A stretch of DNA of 64,000 nt, taken from contig OZ024756.1 of NCBI GenBank assembly GCA_964016885.1, forward strand, positions 35,402,001-35,466,000. The letters run 5' to 3'. This document shows positions 62,385-64,000 of this stretch, in pieces. The stretch comes from Eledone cirrhosa. Taxonomy: Eukaryota. Each line of letters starts with the position of its first letter. Position 1 is the first letter of the stretch. The notes beneath the pieces were generated by a model. It saw nothing but the letters and a program-made list of their open reading frames with translations, was not told the DNA's origin and did not search any database. The translations under genes were made by a program, and so were the position numbers.

Positions 62385-62774
62385 CACACATATATATATA
62401 TACATATACACACATACACACATACACACACACATACGTTAGTGTGCGCATATGTATGTGTGTGTAGAGAGAGAGGGGGTGGGAATACAGGGTCATACAG
62501 TTTATGTAATTTTGTATACGTACATCGATACAAAACTTTCTCATAATGAAATTACATGCACACAGAATGACGTATGCATCTCTCTATCTATCTATCTCCC
62601 TGCCTGTCTATCTATCTATTTATCTATCTATTTATCTATCTATTTATCTATCTATCTATTTATCTATCGATCTATCTGTCTATCTATCTATTTATCTATC
62701 TATCTATTTATCTATTTATCTATCTATCTATCCATCTATTTATCTATCTATCTATCTATCAGCCTCTCTCTCAC

Positions 62775-62840
<66 letters not shown>

Positions 62841-62867
62841 GCACTGTGTCGTTTGCTTTGTTATTTC

Positions 62868-62912
<45 letters not shown>

Positions 62913-63029
62913 ACATATGTGTGTATGTGTGTGCGTGTGTGTGTATGCTTGCGTGTGTTTGTATGTATGTTCGTACATACGCATAAATGCATGTATATAT
63001 GTGTTTATATATATACATATATGTGTGCT

Positions 63030-63074
<45 letters not shown>

Positions 63075-63115
63075 GTATCTATGTATATATATATCTATGT
63101 ATGTATGTATATGTA
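60610..63115. repeat. compound microsatellite region including a ~190-bp dispersed duplication (60651.. / 62253..)
   Basis: Visible directly. Confidence 0.85.
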
Positions 63116-63544
63116 ATAACCGTTCTTTATCCTGTGTAAAAGAAGACGTTAGAGGAATTTACCGCACTATTTCATAACCAATTACCGCTTCTTTTCAAAT
63201 ATTTTCCTTCCCTGCTTTTATTTATTTATTCATTTCATTGTATTTCACTTCATTTCATTCCATCTTTTTTTTAATCTTTCTTCTATTTATTCCCTCTCTC
63301 TTTATTTCTTTAACTCTCCTCCATCTTTCTTCCATTCCTTCCACAACAAATTCCTTGCGTCCTTCATTCCTTCCTTCCTCTAATTGACGGGTTTGTTAGA
63401 GAGGGACGGATAAATGTCTTGTAGTGTTTATTGCAGCTGTTTGTCTCCCTTAAGTTCACAATTTTGCTTGACCCCCCCCCCCCCCCCCCAGCTTTGTCTT
63501 TTAATCTTTTCATGCATTTTGGGGGAGATTTAATAAAATAAAGT

Positions 63545-63740
63545 AGTAGTCCAAGCAAAGCTTTGTAAGCCTCCTTCTTTGTTCGGTTGGCATCTTTGAC
63601 CTCTTGATTGAACCAAGGGGTCTACTTGCCACCTGGGGGCACACCAAACCTCTTTTTCCGTAGTTTTTAAATGGTTGAAGCACAAACTGCTGCACTGAAC
63701 AACCTCCACTCTGTCTCAATATCCTCAGTTTGCTCAGGGA
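63545..63740 (-). mobile_element. RTE-clade LINE fragment (region between endonuclease and RT)
   Basis: EDIETEWRLFSAAV..GGK*TPWFNQEVKDA..KKEAYKAL (with frameshift). Confidence 0.7.
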
Positions 63741-63774
63741 GATCTCTGAATTTGGATGCAATAGTATCTGCATA

Positions 63775-64000
63775 ACTGGTTCTGCGAATTGAGAGATCAC
63801 AGCTCCGATACTATGGGCATGTGGTTAGAATGTCTCAGGAAAGAATCGATGGACAGATCTGTAGCTCGAAGATCAAAGAGTCACTCCAGATAGAGCTGCT
63901 ATTTCTCCGAATTGAGAGATCATAGCTCCGATACTATGGGCATGTCGTTAGAATGTCTCAGGAAAGAATCGATGGACAGATCTGTAGCTCGAAGATCAAA
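63775..64000 (+). mobile_element. RTE-clade LINE C-terminal fragment, tandemly duplicated with a 123-bp period
   Basis: LRIERSQLRYYGHVVRMSQERI (LRW/YxGHVxRM motif) at ~63782 and ~63905. Confidence 0.8.

Overview
AT-rich, microsatellite-saturated animal DNA, intronic or intergenic, with no confidently identifiable host protein-coding gene. The tRNA-derived SINE families resemble those I recall from octopus/cephalopod genomes (inference, not checked). Nearly all ORFs in the supplied track are translations of (TA)n, (CA)n, (GA)n, (TCTA)n or (ACC)n repeats. The informative sequence lies between the microsatellites. (1) There are about 30 short fragments from at least 8 families of Penelope-like retroelement (PLE) ends sitting in (TA)n tracts. 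About 13 carry an intact hammerhead ribozyme core, many form asymmetric fold-back palindromes, and several unrelated families share a covarying tail hairpin RCTC-Nn-GAGY-RC just beyond the end of the inverted arm. (2) There are three decayed PLE coding remnants with GIY-YIG endonuclease motifs. (3) A decayed D5-like/SF3 primase-helicase remnant may be an endogenous viral or Polinton-type sequence. (4) Three L1/Tx1-like 3' ends are each flanked on both sides by (TCTA)n. (5) The rest comprises CR1 and RTE fragments, hAT and Tc1/mariner/pogo MITEs, many SINEs and several minisatellites. All calls come from manual reading and hand translation with no database searches, and boundaries are approximate.
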